A stretch of 64,000 nt of DNA from Oscillospiraceae bacterium (GTDB lineage Bacteria; Bacillota; Clostridia; Oscillospirales; Ruminococcaceae), in NCBI GenBank assembly GCA_017427265.1, contig JAFRTG010000031.1, forward strand, positions 30,303 through 94,302, in the 5' to 3' direction. Positions 9,161 through 18,269 of this stretch are shown here, piece after piece. The first letter of the stretch is position 1. Each line of letters opens with the position of its first letter. The translations under genes and the position numbers were made by a program. The notes under the pieces were generated by a model that was not told the DNA's origin, searched no databases, and was given only the letters and a program-made list of their open reading frames with translations.

Positions 9161-11026
9161 ATGGCAAACGATAAGATCAAAAGTGCTGCTGAGCGCGATG
9201 CAGATGCTGCACTTGAGGAAATCCTCAGAGAGGTGGAATCGGCACCGCGCCGCCGGCCGAGAGCCGAGCAGGACGATACACTGGATTTTGTCCGTACCGG
9301 CACGCCGCGCAGCCACGCCGCGACACCCAGAAATACGGAGCCGGATGAAGAGGAACCGCCGCGTCTCCCTGTGAGAAAGCCGCGTACCGCTGAGGGAGAG
9401 ATGCCGCAGCGCCGCCGCCCTGCTCAGCAGAGCCGCGCAGCAGCAGATGCAGAGCCGGTCGGGCAGCCGCCGCGCCGTGCACCGCAGCGCCGTCCGGAAA
9501 CCGCCGGTGAGCAGCGTCAGGCACAGCGTCCGCGGAATCCGCAGCAGAGATCCAATCCGCAGCGCCCGCAGAACCCGCGCAATCCTGAACAGCGCCGCCG
9601 TCCGCAGAATGCAGAAGGTACGCAGCCCGTCCGCAGAACACGCCCTGCGCAGGAAGGCGGTCAGACCCGCAATCCGCAGCAGCGTCCTGCCGGCACCCGC
9701 AGTGCCGCAGATCAGCACCGCCGTCCGCAGAACGGAACAAGACCCGCAGGTGCGCGCAAAAAGAGCGCAGTAGCTGCAAAGCGTCAGCCGAATTACTGGC
9801 GCATCGGTATGCTGATTTACATCATGCTCTTTATCATCGGTACGCTGTTTGCAATGTATCGCCTGCGCACTTATCTCGACGAATATGAGCAGTCGCTGCC
9901 GGAGCACACGATTGACGGCTATGTCAACGGCCTGAACAGCGGCTTCTACAGCGATATGGTTCGTCAGAAGGTCGATCAGCTCGCGGCCACGAAGGTGACG
10001 GACTATGAGACTGCTGACACGATTGCCTCTACGCTCGATATTGAAAATCTCGGCGTGACAGAGTACAAGTGGCTGAAGAAATCCGATGAATACACCGATG
10101 AACGTCCGGTCTATTATATCCGCTACGGCGGCGCTTCGATTGCTACGGTTGCACTGGAGCGCGCAGGCGGTACCCAGAAGTTCGATTTCCCGATCTGGAA
10201 GACCTGCGAGGCAGAGTCTTTGATCGAGATTGCTTCGGAAGCGGAATATTCCGTGGAAGTGAAACTCCCGGCAGGCGGCTCTCTGATGGTGAACGGCATT
10301 GAGGTGCCGAAGGATACCTTCGAGGACAGCGAATATGAAATGCCGATGGACGATGTCATGAAGATGTATGCAGAGCAGCCTGAAACACAGTCTGTCAAGA
10401 TCAGCGGCCTGTTCGTGGCACCGGAGGTGCGCGCCTTCGATGCAGAGGGCAATGCACTGGAGCCTGAAAAGGTTCCCGCAGACAGTGTCAAGGAACAGAT
10501 CTACACCTTCCTGCCGGCTGACGTTGCAGAGCCGAATGAGGCTCTCGTGGACCGTATTGAGGCGCTGACCAATGCGTATATCAACTACATGGTCAAAAAG
10601 GATCAGAACATGGAGGCCAACTGGGGCGCTCTGAGTCCTTACCTGCTCAGAGATGCGGATGCGCACAAGACGCTCCTCAGCCTGTGGGCCGATGTCAACT
10701 GGAACAACCCCTACACGGCGCGTGAGGATAAGCCGCTTGATGTCAAGCATCTCAAGATGTACTCCGAGCAGCTCTGCACCGTCGAGGTTTCCTTCGATGT
10801 GCAGCTGACGAATGCTGAGAGAGGCACCGAGCTCACGAACAGCTATAAGGGCACGGTTCGCTGGACGCTTGTCAAGAACGGCAATACGTGGCTTGCTGCC
10901 CGCTTTGAAACAGTGAGCGCGGACGGCGGCTCGACCGATCTTGTCAGCTCGGATGAGCCTGCTCCGGCAGAGGAGACTCCGGCAGAGGATGCCGCTGCTC
11001 CTGCTGAGGAAGCACCGGTTGAATAA
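9161..11026 (+). CDS. membrane protein with a long R/P/Q-rich disordered N-terminus
   Basis: 621 aa. SD GAGAGGGGG. About 200 aa of RNPQQR-like low complexity, one TM (IGMLIYIMLFIIGTLFAMY), then a globular-looking C-terminal part. The antisense ORF 9155..11041 was rejected. Confidence 0.75.
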   Translation: MANDKIKSAAERDADAALEEILREVESAPRRRPRAEQDDTLDFVRTGTPRSHAATPRNTEPDEEEPPRLPVRKPRTAEGEMPQRRRPAQQSRAAADAEPVGQPPRRAPQRRPETAGEQRQAQRPRNPQQRSNPQRPQNPRNPEQRRRPQNAEGTQPVRRTRPAQEGGQTRNPQQRPAGTRSAADQHRRPQNGTRPAGARKKSAVAAKRQPNYWRIGMLIYIMLFIIGTLFAMYRLRTYLDEYEQSLPEHTIDGYVNGLNSGFYSDMVRQKVDQLAATKVTDYETADTIASTLDIENLGVTEYKWLKKSDEYTDERPVYYIRYGGASIATVALERAGGTQKFDFPIWKTCEAESLIEIASEAEYSVEVKLPAGGSLMVNGIEVPKDTFEDSEYEMPMDDVMKMYAEQPETQSVKISGLFVAPEVRAFDAEGNALEPEKVPADSVKEQIYTFLPADVAEPNEALVDRIEALTNAYINYMVKKDQNMEANWGALSPYLLRDADAHKTLLSLWADVNWNNPYTAREDKPLDVKHLKMYSEQLCTVEVSFDVQLTNAERGTELTNSYKGTVRWTLVKNGNTWLAARFETVSADGGSTDLVSSDEPAPAEETPAEDAAAPAEEAPVE

Positions 11027-11031
11027 AACCC

Positions 11032-11068
11032 AAAGAGACACCTTCGCATGTGAGGGTGTCTCTTTTAT
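11032..11068 (+). terminator. intrinsic terminator
   Basis: AAGAGACACC / GGTGTCTCTT stem followed by TTATG. Confidence 0.7.
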
Positions 11069-11077
11069 GATATGCAG

Positions 11078-11111
11078 AAATCCCGCTGTACGGATTTGTA
11101 CAGCGGGATTT
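11078..11111. terminator. hairpin terminator, copy 1 of a repeated hairpin
   Basis: 14-bp stem AAATCCCGCTGTAC / GTACAGCGGGATTT. The core CCCGCTGTACGGATTTGTACAGCGGG recurs at 11757-11782. Confidence 0.65.
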
Positions 11112-11115
11112 TGTA

Positions 11116-11691
11116 TCAGATAACATCCATATCGGGCGGCGGCTGTTCTGACGGCTGCACAGGCACCGGAATTGGTATCGGATTCGGAGCGGACTCTGCG
11201 TTTTTCTGTTTGTTAAGCGCCGCATAAGAGGTCTGCTGTGCAAACTGTGTCTGCAATGCCTGTTCTTCCGCCGTGAGATCGAACTGCGGGTAGCCTTCTT
11301 CCTGCCGGAGCTGCTGCTCAATGTAATTTGCATAGACCGCACAGCCGTAGGGAATCAGGTGCAGGCACAGGCCGGTCAGAACAAACGCCTGCTGATACTC
11401 TTTGGATATGAGAAAGCCTGCAAGGTAAAGGATGACGGCGATGATATTCATAATCAGGTTCCGTCTGAGGCAGCCGATGAACGCTGCAATGACGGAGATG
11501 CACAGAAAAACAGCATAAATCAGAGTACGTGATTGCCCGCTGCCGATGCTGACAATCAGAGCGATCGAAGCCTCCAGCGCGATTACGCAGATCACGAGAA
11601 AGCAGCATTGGTTGATTTTATCGGTGCGCTGTTTTTTTATTTTCAGCTGTGCAAAGTGCTCTTTTCGGTTCGTGTTGATGAGCGATGCCAT
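11116..11691 (-). CDS. small polytopic membrane protein
   Basis: 191 aa from the ATG 8 nt after AGGAGG. Four hydrophobic segments. Pro-rich C-terminus. Confidence 0.65.
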   Translation of the reverse strand: MASLINTNRKEHFAQLKIKKQRTDKINQCCFLVICVIALEASIALIVSIGSGQSRTLIYAVFLCISVIAAFIGCLRRNLIMNIIAVILYLAGFLISKEYQQAFVLTGLCLHLIPYGCAVYANYIEQQLRQEEGYPQFDLTAEEQALQTQFAQQTSYAALNKQKNAESAPNPIPIPVPVQPSEQPPPDMDVI

Positions 11692-11752
11692 CGTCTGCAC
11701 CTCCTTTCGTTTTGTCCATTATAGCACAGCTGCACAGCGTTGTCAACTAAAA

Positions 11753-11795
11753 AAACACCCGCTGCACGGATTTGTACAGCGGGTGTTTGGTTTAC
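11753..11795 (-). terminator. gap terminator, copy 2 of the repeated hairpin
   Basis: Stem AAACACCCGCTG / CAGCGGGTGTTT, followed on the minus strand by a T7 run. Confidence 0.8.
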
Positions 11796-11818
11796 CAGTA
11801 TTGATTTCGTGCCGGAAA

Positions 11819-12856
11819 TTAGCCGAGCTCTGCGAAATACTTGATGGTGCGAACCATCTGGCTGGTGTAGGAGTTCTCGTTGTCGTACCAGGAAACAACC
11901 TGAACCTCATAGAGATCATCAGCGATCTTTGCAACCATGGTCTGGGTTGCATCGAACAGAGAACCGTAGGTCATGCCGATGACGTCAGAGGAAACGATCT
12001 GATCCTCGTTGTAGCCGAAGGAAGCGGAAGCAGCAGCCTTCATAGCAGCATTGATGCCTTCCTTGGTCACGTCAGCACCCTTGACAACAGCGGTCAGGAT
12101 GGTGGTGGAACCGGTCGGAACCGGAACACGCTGTGCGGAACCGATCAGCTTGCCGTTCAGCTCCGGAATAACCAGGCCGATTGCCTTTGCAGCACCGGTG
12201 GAGTTCGGAACGATGTTGGCAGCGCCTGCGCGTGCACGGCGGAGATCGCCCTTGCGGTGCGGACCGTCGAGGATCATCTGATCGCCGGTGTAAGCGTGAA
12301 TGGTGCTCATGATACCGGACTGGATCGGAGCATAGTCATTCAGAGCCTTTGCCATCGGAGCGAGGCAGTTGGTGGTGCAGGATGCAGCGGAGATGATCTT
12401 GTCATCCTTGGTCAGGGTCTTCTCATTGACGGAGAACACGATGGTCGGGAGATCGTTGCCTGCCGGAGCAGAGATAACAACCTTCTTTGCGCCTGCGTCG
12501 ATGTGAGCCTGGGACTTCTCCTTGGAGCAGTAGAAGCCGGTGCACTCCAGAACAACATCAACACCGAGCTCGCCCCACGGCAGCTCAGCAGCGTTTGCCT
12601 TTGCGTAGATGGTCAGGGTCTTGCCGTCAACCGTGATGGTGCCGGCCTCGTCGTCTGCGGTTACGGTGTGCAGGTTCTCGCCGATGATGCCGCAGTAGCC
12701 CTTCTGTGCGGTGTCATACTTCAGCAGGTGTGCGAGCATGGACGGCTTGGTCAGGTCGTTGATTGCAACAACCTCATAGCCCTGTGCGCCGAACATCTGG
12801 CGGAATGCGAGACGGCCGATACGACCGAAACCATTGATAGCAACTTTAACAGACAT
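11819..12856 (-). CDS. gap: type I glyceraldehyde-3-phosphate dehydrogenase
   Basis: 345 aa. NGFGRIGR Rossmann motif and active-site [17 protein letters not shown]. Confidence 0.95.
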   Translation of the reverse strand: MSVKVAINGFGRIGRLAFRQMFGAQGYEVVAINDLTKPSMLAHLLKYDTAQKGYCGIIGENLHTVTADDEAGTITVDGKTLTIYAKANAAELPWGELGVDVVLECTGFYCSKEKSQAHIDAGAKKVVISAPAGNDLPTIVFSVNEKTLTKDDKIISAASCTTNCLAPMAKALNDYAPIQSGIMSTIHAYTGDQMILDGPHRKGDLRRARAGAANIVPNSTGAAKAIGLVIPELNGKLIGSAQRVPVPTGSTTILTAVVKGADVTKEGINAAMKAAASASFGYNEDQIVSSDVIGMTYGSLFDATQTMVAKIADDLYEVQVVSWYDNENSYTSQMVRTIKYFAELG

Positions 12857-12886
12857 GGGAATTACCTCCTAAAATTTGATACTTCT

Positions 12887-12915
12887 ATTTTACACCATTT
12901 TTGCAGAAATTGCAA
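12887..12915 (-). promoter_or_regulatory. candidate gap promoter
   Basis: On the minus strand, TTGCAA-17 nt-TAAAAT, about 30 nt upstream of the start codon. Confidence 0.5.
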
Positions 12916-13084
12916 GCGCTTTGATAAAAAAATAACGGACTTTGGAAAAAGAAAATGCATTTGTACTGTTTGCACAACAGATTTTTTGTAAAACTGTGCA
13001 GAATCACAAATCTTGATAAAACACTCGAAATTCATGTTCAGTTCGTGTATAATAGAGAAAAACCGATCATAAGGGGGGCGGAAT

Positions 13085-14167
13085 ATGACAGACAGGCTGA
13101 AGGACGCGCTTGATCTGCTATACGGAAATGCCGGTTATCCGGTTTGTGCCGCAGACCGCAGCGGAAGCATTCTCTGGCAGTCGGATGAGCAGGCTGCTGC
13201 GCTTGCGGAAAAGCTGCCGAAGGAAGCGCTTGCCCTGCAGAAGAATGGCCGCAGCATCCTGCTTCCGGGAGAGAACAGCGCGGTATGCTGCGAGATTTCG
13301 CCGCTTGCCGGTTCAGAGCAGCCGCTGTTCCTGCTTCGCTTTGTTCCTGCCGATCCGGAACGCCGCCTGAACCGTGCTGAGGCTGAGATGCTCCTGCGTG
13401 AACAGACAGACGCGCTGCATGCGGCCGGCACCGCAATCCTCTATGCTGCAGACCGGATGAACCGGGAACGGGATGAGGACGGTCTGCCTGCCGATTCGGC
13501 AATGCGGGAGCCCTTCCTGATGATCCAGGACAGCTGCTATGCGCTGATGCGGCAGTGCCTCTGCAATCAGGAGCTGCTCTGGTATGAGTCGTTCACGGGC
13601 GCAGCGATGCTTTCTTCTGTTGATGTAAGCGGCTTGCTGCGGCATTTCTTTGCGCAGGCCGAGCTCCTGACGGATCGCTATCTGACAGCGGGCGAATGCG
13701 AGATTCAGCCGCGGATCTATGCAAAAACCGATCCGGAGCGCTTTTCGTTTGCGATGACTGTGCTGCTTGCGGAAATGCTCAAGGAAGCCCGCGGACAGAA
13801 TGTGCTGGATCTGACGGCTGTTCGTGCGGATGAAAATATCAGCATTGAAGCGGTGCTGCGGAGCGATCCCCTGAAACGGAAGGAACCGCTGCCGGTTTCC
13901 GGCAGGCTGAGCAGGGAGTTTTCTGCTGCGTCCGGTGCTGTGCTGCTGGAGCGCTTCTGCAAGGCGTTTGACGCGAAGGCCGTTTGCTTGGTCGCGGACG
14001 GCACTGTGCGGGGAACGCTGACGCTGCCTGCGGCTGCACGTCCGGAGCCGGTGTTCCGTGCAAGCAGGGAACCCGAAGAGGAAAGCCGCCTTTCCCTCTA
14101 TCATGTACTGCTTTCTGAGCTGATTCCGGCGGAGGTTCTGCTGAGCGCTGACCCCTGTTTTTGGTGA
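13085..14167 (+). CDS. hypothetical protein
   Basis: 360 aa. SD AAGGGGGG. No diagnostic motif recognised. The antisense ORF 13313..14104 was rejected. Confidence 0.6.
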   Translation: MTDRLKDALDLLYGNAGYPVCAADRSGSILWQSDEQAAALAEKLPKEALALQKNGRSILLPGENSAVCCEISPLAGSEQPLFLLRFVPADPERRLNRAEAEMLLREQTDALHAAGTAILYAADRMNRERDEDGLPADSAMREPFLMIQDSCYALMRQCLCNQELLWYESFTGAAMLSSVDVSGLLRHFFAQAELLTDRYLTAGECEIQPRIYAKTDPERFSFAMTVLLAEMLKEARGQNVLDLTAVRADENISIEAVLRSDPLKRKEPLPVSGRLSREFSAASGAVLLERFCKAFDAKAVCLVADGTVRGTLTLPAAARPEPVFRASREPEEESRLSLYHVLLSELIPAEVLLSADPCFW

Positions 14168-14239
14168 TATTCAGCATAATGCATAAGGAATGAAAACAGG
14201 TTTTGTGAATTCTGTTCTTCATAAATTGTTCATTTTCTA

Positions 14240-14268
14240 TTGACATTTTGATAAAGATATGCTATACT
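14240..14268 (+). promoter_or_regulatory. strong sigma-A promoter
   Basis: TTGACA-17 nt-TATACT, about 95 nt upstream of the pilin-like ORF. Confidence 0.6.
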
Positions 14269-14364
14269 AATAGCAGTATCACGATTCGTTTGTGAATTTG
14301 TTTATGGGTAAAATAAAATGGCAGCAGAGGGCTCGCACAAACCTCTGTCAGGAAGGGAGAGCTG

Positions 14365-15108
14365 ATGGGCATGAAACAAGTGCAAAAGGATGAAATGCGG
14401 AGAGTTTCCGGCTTTACGCTGATTGAAATGATCATTGTAATCGGTATTATTTCTATTCTGCTTGGCGTTATGGTTCCTGCGCTGAACGGCTACATTACAA
14501 GGAGCCGTCTGAATACCGCGAACAGCAATGCCAAGCTGATGTTCAATTCTCTGCAGACGGTTATGCAGGAGTATGAATTCCGGGAACGGCAGATGAATGA
14601 ATCTGCTTTTTACGGTTCCTTTACGGACGGAAGCGGTAACCAGCAGGGTGCAAAGCACGGTACGCTGTATATTCGCTGTCTCAACGGAACGATGGACAGA
14701 ATTGCGGCCCGGGGTGTGGATGATTCCGGAGTCGGCCTTGCGGCTCGCGTTCTCAGCGATACAGGCTGGACGAACGAGATCGGATATCATGATCCGTCAA
14801 CAGGTGCGCTGACAACAAGTGATTTTATGGGCGTCGGCGGCGGCACAGCGGCAGCAGGCACATTCGGTTCGCGTCTGTTCCGTCTGTTTGCAGATTATGA
14901 TGAAACCTGCTGGGCAGCTTATATCGAGGATTATTATGTCCGCGGTGTGATTGCTTCCAGCACGGAGGACTCGCTGTATGTCGGCGGTTATCCGCTGCGC
15001 GGTGTTGCCAGAATCGGCGATGCGGACAATGTGGAGATTGATAATATTCTCGGCAGTACCACTGAAGCTAATATGTCAGATTACTGCACCCGTGCAGGTA
15101 CAATCTGA
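14365..15108 (+). CDS. prepilin-type N-terminal cleavage/methylation domain protein (pilin or pseudopilin-like)
   Basis: 247 aa. Class III signal sequence G/FTLIEMIIVIGIISILLGVMVPAL. No other pilus genes nearby. Confidence 0.8.
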   Translation: MGMKQVQKDEMRRVSGFTLIEMIIVIGIISILLGVMVPALNGYITRSRLNTANSNAKLMFNSLQTVMQEYEFRERQMNESAFYGSFTDGSGNQQGAKHGTLYIRCLNGTMDRIAARGVDDSGVGLAARVLSDTGWTNEIGYHDPSTGALTTSDFMGVGGGTAAAGTFGSRLFRLFADYDETCWAAYIEDYYVRGVIASSTEDSLYVGGYPLRGVARIGDADNVEIDNILGSTTEANMSDYCTRAGTI

Positions 15109-15132
15109 TGAACGGAAACTGAGCATAACTGA

Positions 15133-15166
15133 AAAACCGGCTGTCAGTGAACAGCCGGTTTTTTGT
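15133..15166 (+). terminator. intrinsic terminator
   Basis: AAAACCGGCTGT / ACAGCCGGTTTT stem followed by TT. Confidence 0.8.
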
Positions 15167-15174
15167 GCGCCCGG

Positions 15175-15213
15175 CAAAAAAACGGATGCTCCGGTCTGAA
15201 CCGGAGCATCCGT
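15175..15213 (-). terminator. intrinsic terminator of the patatin operon
   Basis: 13-bp stem ACGGATGCTCCGG / CCGGAGCATCCGT, followed on the minus strand by a T7 run. Confidence 0.8.
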
Positions 15214-15243
15214 TTTGTATATCATATAAATAAAGGCCGGTGT

Positions 15244-16344
15244 TTATTTTCTCAGCTCCAGCATGGATTCGTATTCGGTCAGTGCGTCCAGCAGCTGCTG
15301 CGGCTGCAAAACCCATGCGACACGGACATTGTTTGCGTCGATAAAACGGTAATGTGACTGCAGACCGATCGTGCGCTGCTGCTGCAGACGCCAGCCGTCT
15401 ACCTCAAAGATGTTGTCATAAAAGACATTGCCGCCGAGCGTCGGGAACTGCACATTCGGTGCGAATCTGCTGCCGTATTCCCGCAGAAAGCCTGCAAGAT
15501 GCGCAGAGGTCAGGAACAGCCGCTGCATCTTTTCCGTGAGGACTGCGTTCATTTCCTCTTTGCTCTGCGGAACCTGCTTGAGTCCTTCAAGTGCGGCCTT
15601 TGTATCCCGGTAGCCCTGCTCCATGCGCGAGTGAATCTTATCCTGTGCAAAGTTCAGTGTTCCGGTCAGCAGATTGCCGAGCGGCCGAAGCGGTTTAATC
15701 AGCGTGAAGCGGCAGTCCGGATACTGCTGCGTCAGATTGCCGTTTCCGACACTCGATCCGCCGTAAAGCGAAATCTGGGATTTCAGGGAGATTGCAAGAA
15801 TATCGCGGTGTCCCTGCGCATAAACCGGCTGGATACAGAGATCACCCTCCGGCGTGACGCTGCCGTCCATCAGATCGCGGCCGAGATAGCGTTCCGGTGC
15901 ATAAATATGCGGAATCGCAGAAGATGCAAGCAGCAGCGTGCGGATGGAATCCCGCGGCAGACCGTTCAGCTCGTAGAAAACCGGCTGGTTTGCTTCAATA
16001 TCATGTACACAGACATGTACGCGGATTCCGGACGAGCTGATGCGCTCCAGCGGAAGCTGATTGATGAGCCGGATCAGGCCTTCACGGGAGAAGAATGCGC
16101 CGTCGGTTCCCTTGGCAAGCAGATCGGACGGAGCGATCTGTTCCCACATGGTGCGGGCAAATGTCAGGTCTCCGAGCGCAAAAAGCACTGCATTCAGTGC
16201 ACCGACAGAACATCCGGCAGCCGCACGGATATCCGTCAGCATTCCTGCCTCTGCCAGAGCCTGCCATGCGCCGATCTGAAATGCGCCCTTTGCTCCGCCG
16301 CCGCCAAGCAGCAGGGCAGTCGGTTTGGTTTGATTCTGTTCCAT
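15244..16344 (-). CDS. patatin-like phospholipase
   Basis: 366 aa. Oxyanion motif GGGGAKG and nucleophile elbow GCSVG. Confidence 0.85.
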   Translation of the reverse strand: MEQNQTKPTALLLGGGGAKGAFQIGAWQALAEAGMLTDIRAAAGCSVGALNAVLFALGDLTFARTMWEQIAPSDLLAKGTDGAFFSREGLIRLINQLPLERISSSGIRVHVCVHDIEANQPVFYELNGLPRDSIRTLLLASSAIPHIYAPERYLGRDLMDGSVTPEGDLCIQPVYAQGHRDILAISLKSQISLYGGSSVGNGNLTQQYPDCRFTLIKPLRPLGNLLTGTLNFAQDKIHSRMEQGYRDTKAALEGLKQVPQSKEEMNAVLTEKMQRLFLTSAHLAGFLREYGSRFAPNVQFPTLGGNVFYDNIFEVDGWRLQQQRTIGLQSHYRFIDANNVRVAWVLQPQQLLDALTEYESMLELRK

Positions 16345-16425
16345 TGATAAACTCCTTTCGTCATCAGGTACGGACGCGGGAGCCGGTTAGGACGGCCGCG
16401 CTCCGTGGCTTTGCTTGAAGTGATC

Positions 16426-17193
16426 TTACAGGCCGAGCTGCTGCTCGTTTACAACAGTATTGTATATGACATACATCGAAGCGGCCTGGTAGTAGGTTTC
16501 AATATGCAGATGCCCGCACATCCATGCGCGGTACCGGACATTGCAGAGAATCTCGTCCAGAAAGAATGCCGTCGGATCCGGAACATACCGTTCCATGCAG
16601 TTTGCTTCGTAGAGCAGCGGACGCATGATGCAGTCCGGCGGCGTATGTGTGAGGACATAGTCAACCGTCCATCCGCAGGCTGCCAGATTCCGGCGGGCAC
16701 GGTTCATTTCATCCGGCTGCGCAATTTCCTCCGGCCACCAGTTCAGTCCGGCTGCACGGTAGGCCATGTCGTGCGATGCGGCTCCGCCGAATGCGAAAAT
16801 CCGCTTGCCGTCAATCGTATAGACCTCGCCGCGCATCAGATGAATGACGTTTTTTGCGTCCGGATGTACATGGACTCTTCCGCCGAATTTTTTTGTGACC
16901 TTCTGCTTTCTCCAGAAAGCGTGATTGTCGTGGTTCCCGTCAATCCATAGAATCGTATACGGCTTTTTGCGCAGGAATTTCATCCATGTGCTGTAATCTT
17001 CGTTGAACGGATCGGTCGTTTTTTTCTTCTTCTTTTTGGATTTGCGGTCTGTGTCGAAAAACGGCAGACCGAAATCTCCGAGTATCACCAGATAGTCGTC
17101 CGGCTCCGGCATTCCGCATGTGCTGCGCATGTATTTGTTTGCGAGCTTTTGGAAATCGACGCCGCCGTGAGTATCGCCGGTAAAGTAGATCAT
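16426..17193 (-). CDS. metallophosphoesterase (calcineurin-like)
   Basis: 255 aa. Motifs GDTHG, GDFG and GNHDN. Confidence 0.8.
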   Translation of the reverse strand: MIYFTGDTHGGVDFQKLANKYMRSTCGMPEPDDYLVILGDFGLPFFDTDRKSKKKKKKTTDPFNEDYSTWMKFLRKKPYTILWIDGNHDNHAFWRKQKVTKKFGGRVHVHPDAKNVIHLMRGEVYTIDGKRIFAFGGAASHDMAYRAAGLNWWPEEIAQPDEMNRARRNLAACGWTVDYVLTHTPPDCIMRPLLYEANCMERYVPDPTAFFLDEILCNVRYRAWMCGHLHIETYYQAASMYVIYNTVVNEQQLGL

Positions 17194-17404
17194 GCGCAGG
17201 TTCCTTTCTGTTTCCGGCGGAGATTGCTTTGCCGGATCCCGATTTTTGTGTACAGGTACCGGCGCGTTTCCTCCGCTGAATTCAGAATGAAATGCACTTT
17301 TCGATTTTCCCCGCCCACATCCCTTTTATCATAGCATATTTTGTGCTTAATTGCAAGTGTTTTGCGGAATTGCAGCAGTGATAAAAATATTTCTTCGATT
17401 CCTC

Positions 17405-17433
17405 TTGACAAATGCGTGCGGATATGGTATAAT
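17405..17433 (+). promoter_or_regulatory. tRNA-Trp promoter, perfect consensus
   Basis: TTGACA (17405-17410), 17-nt spacer, TATAAT (17428-17433), 18 nt before the tRNA 5' end. Confidence 0.8.
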
Positions 17434-17451
17434 AATCTAGTCGTCAGACAA

Positions 17452-17527
17452 AGGGGCATAGCTCAGTTGGTAGAGCAACGGACTCCAAATCCGTGTGCCG
17501 AGGGTTCGATTCCTTCTGCCCCTGCCA
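17452..17527 (+). tRNA. tRNA-Trp (anticodon CCA)
   Basis: 76-nt cloverleaf folded by hand. Acceptor AGGGGCA/TGCCCCT, D arm GCTC/GAGC, anticodon arm ACGGA-CTCCAAA-TCCGT, T arm GAGGG-TTCGATT-CCTTC, encoded CCA. Confidence 0.93.
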
Positions 17528-17534
17528 TTTACCG

Positions 17535-17575
17535 AAGCAAGCTGTGAACATTGCTTCGCAGCTTGCTTTTTGTTT
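17535..17575 (+). terminator. intrinsic terminator after the tRNA
   Basis: AAGCAAGCTG / CAGCTTGCTT stem followed by TTTTGTTT. Confidence 0.75.
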
Positions 17576-17975
17576 ACCTCAATTTGTAGTAGTCAATTAT
17601 CCGTGCGTTTGCAAGACCTACAAAGGCGTATCATTTCATCACCGCCCTTGCGCGTCCGGTTCGCTGTCATCGCAGCCTTCGGTTATGCCTACCGATTCAT
17701 CGTCATGCGCTTAATCGCTCGATACCTTGTCTTGCCGCCTATCTGAAAAGAAAAGGGCAAGATGTTGATTCGGACAAGCCGAACAGGTTGTCTTGGCGGA
17801 GCGTGCGTCTGTGCTGGGAATGTTCCCACCCCCACGAGCCGGAAAGCCGGATAACCAACAATATTCAGTTTTCAAGGTACTGGATATATCGGAACTGATT
17901 GCTAGTCGATGCCGACATATCCGTGCGGAAATAAGTCAAGCCTTCCAGCACGCTGCAAACGACACTGAAAGGCTC

Positions 17976-18004
17976 TTGACAAATATCTAAAACCGTGCTA
18001 TAAT
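17976..18004 (+). promoter_or_regulatory. perfect consensus promoter with no ORF downstream
   Basis: TTGACA-17 nt-TATAAT. Convergent with the minus-strand promoter at 18128-18156. Confidence 0.6.
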
Positions 18005-18010
18005 GAAACA

Positions 18011-18110
18011 CGATAATAGCCATTGCACTAAGTCAGTCAGGTGTGAGTGCACCGAGCTGATTATGGGGCGTAGTCGGATTGGCGTCCGGCTGCGCTCCGT
18101 GTGATGCTTT
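18011..18110 (+). ncRNA. candidate small RNA (about 100 nt)
   Basis: Starts at the predicted TSS of the 17976 promoter. No SD-led ORF. Contains a 14-bp GC-rich hairpin at 18065-18098 (GGGGCGTAGTCGGA / TCCGGCTGCGCTCC with G-U pairs) followed by a U-rich stretch. Confidence 0.3.
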
Positions 18111-18127
18111 ATTATTTCGCTTCTTAT

Positions 18128-18156
18128 ATTATAGCACAATTTTCTGTGCGTGTCAA
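18128..18156 (-). promoter_or_regulatory. outward-facing consensus promoter with a dyad in the spacer
   Basis: On the minus strand, TTGACA-CGCACAGAAAATTGTGC-TATAAT. The spacer holds the dyad GCACA-N6-TGTGC. 29/30 identical to the promoter at 62490-62518. Confidence 0.6.
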
Positions 18157-18177
18157 TAGTTTATCGGCAAAATTTTC

Positions 18178-18205
18178 AAAATCGTCCTGCGGGGCGATTT
18201 TTTCG
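18178..18205. terminator. bidirectional hairpin terminator
   Basis: AAAATCGTCC / GGGCGATTTT stem, T-rich on both sides. Confidence 0.5.
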
Positions 18206-18227
18206 TATTTATGATGTTTTTACAAGA

Positions 18228-18269
18228 ACAGCCCTGCGTTATATTGAAGCGCAGGGCTGTTTTTGTTTT
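18228..18269 (+). terminator. intrinsic terminator
   Basis: ACAGCCCTGCG / CGCAGGGCTGT stem followed by TTTTGTTTTG. Confidence 0.65.

Noticed and set aside
14269-14364. Possible c-di-GMP-type riboswitch in the ~95-nt leader of the pilin-like gene.
   Set aside because: I could not align the leader to the GEMM-I/II cores from memory, and there is no terminator/antiterminator alternative. It needs an Infernal scan before any claim.
16990-17045. A/T-rich run encoding KSKKKKKKTT in the metallophosphoesterase, considered as a slippage/phase-variation tract.
   Set aside because: The longest homopolymer is only about 7 nt and is interrupted by C/G. That is too short for a confident contingency locus.
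17580-17975. Group II intron fragment, integrase pseudogene or known large ncRNA in the junction.
   Set aside because: There is no domain V-like motif. No recombinase-like peptide appears in any frame. I cannot match the region to a family by eye, so it is reported only as unassigned structured-looking DNA.
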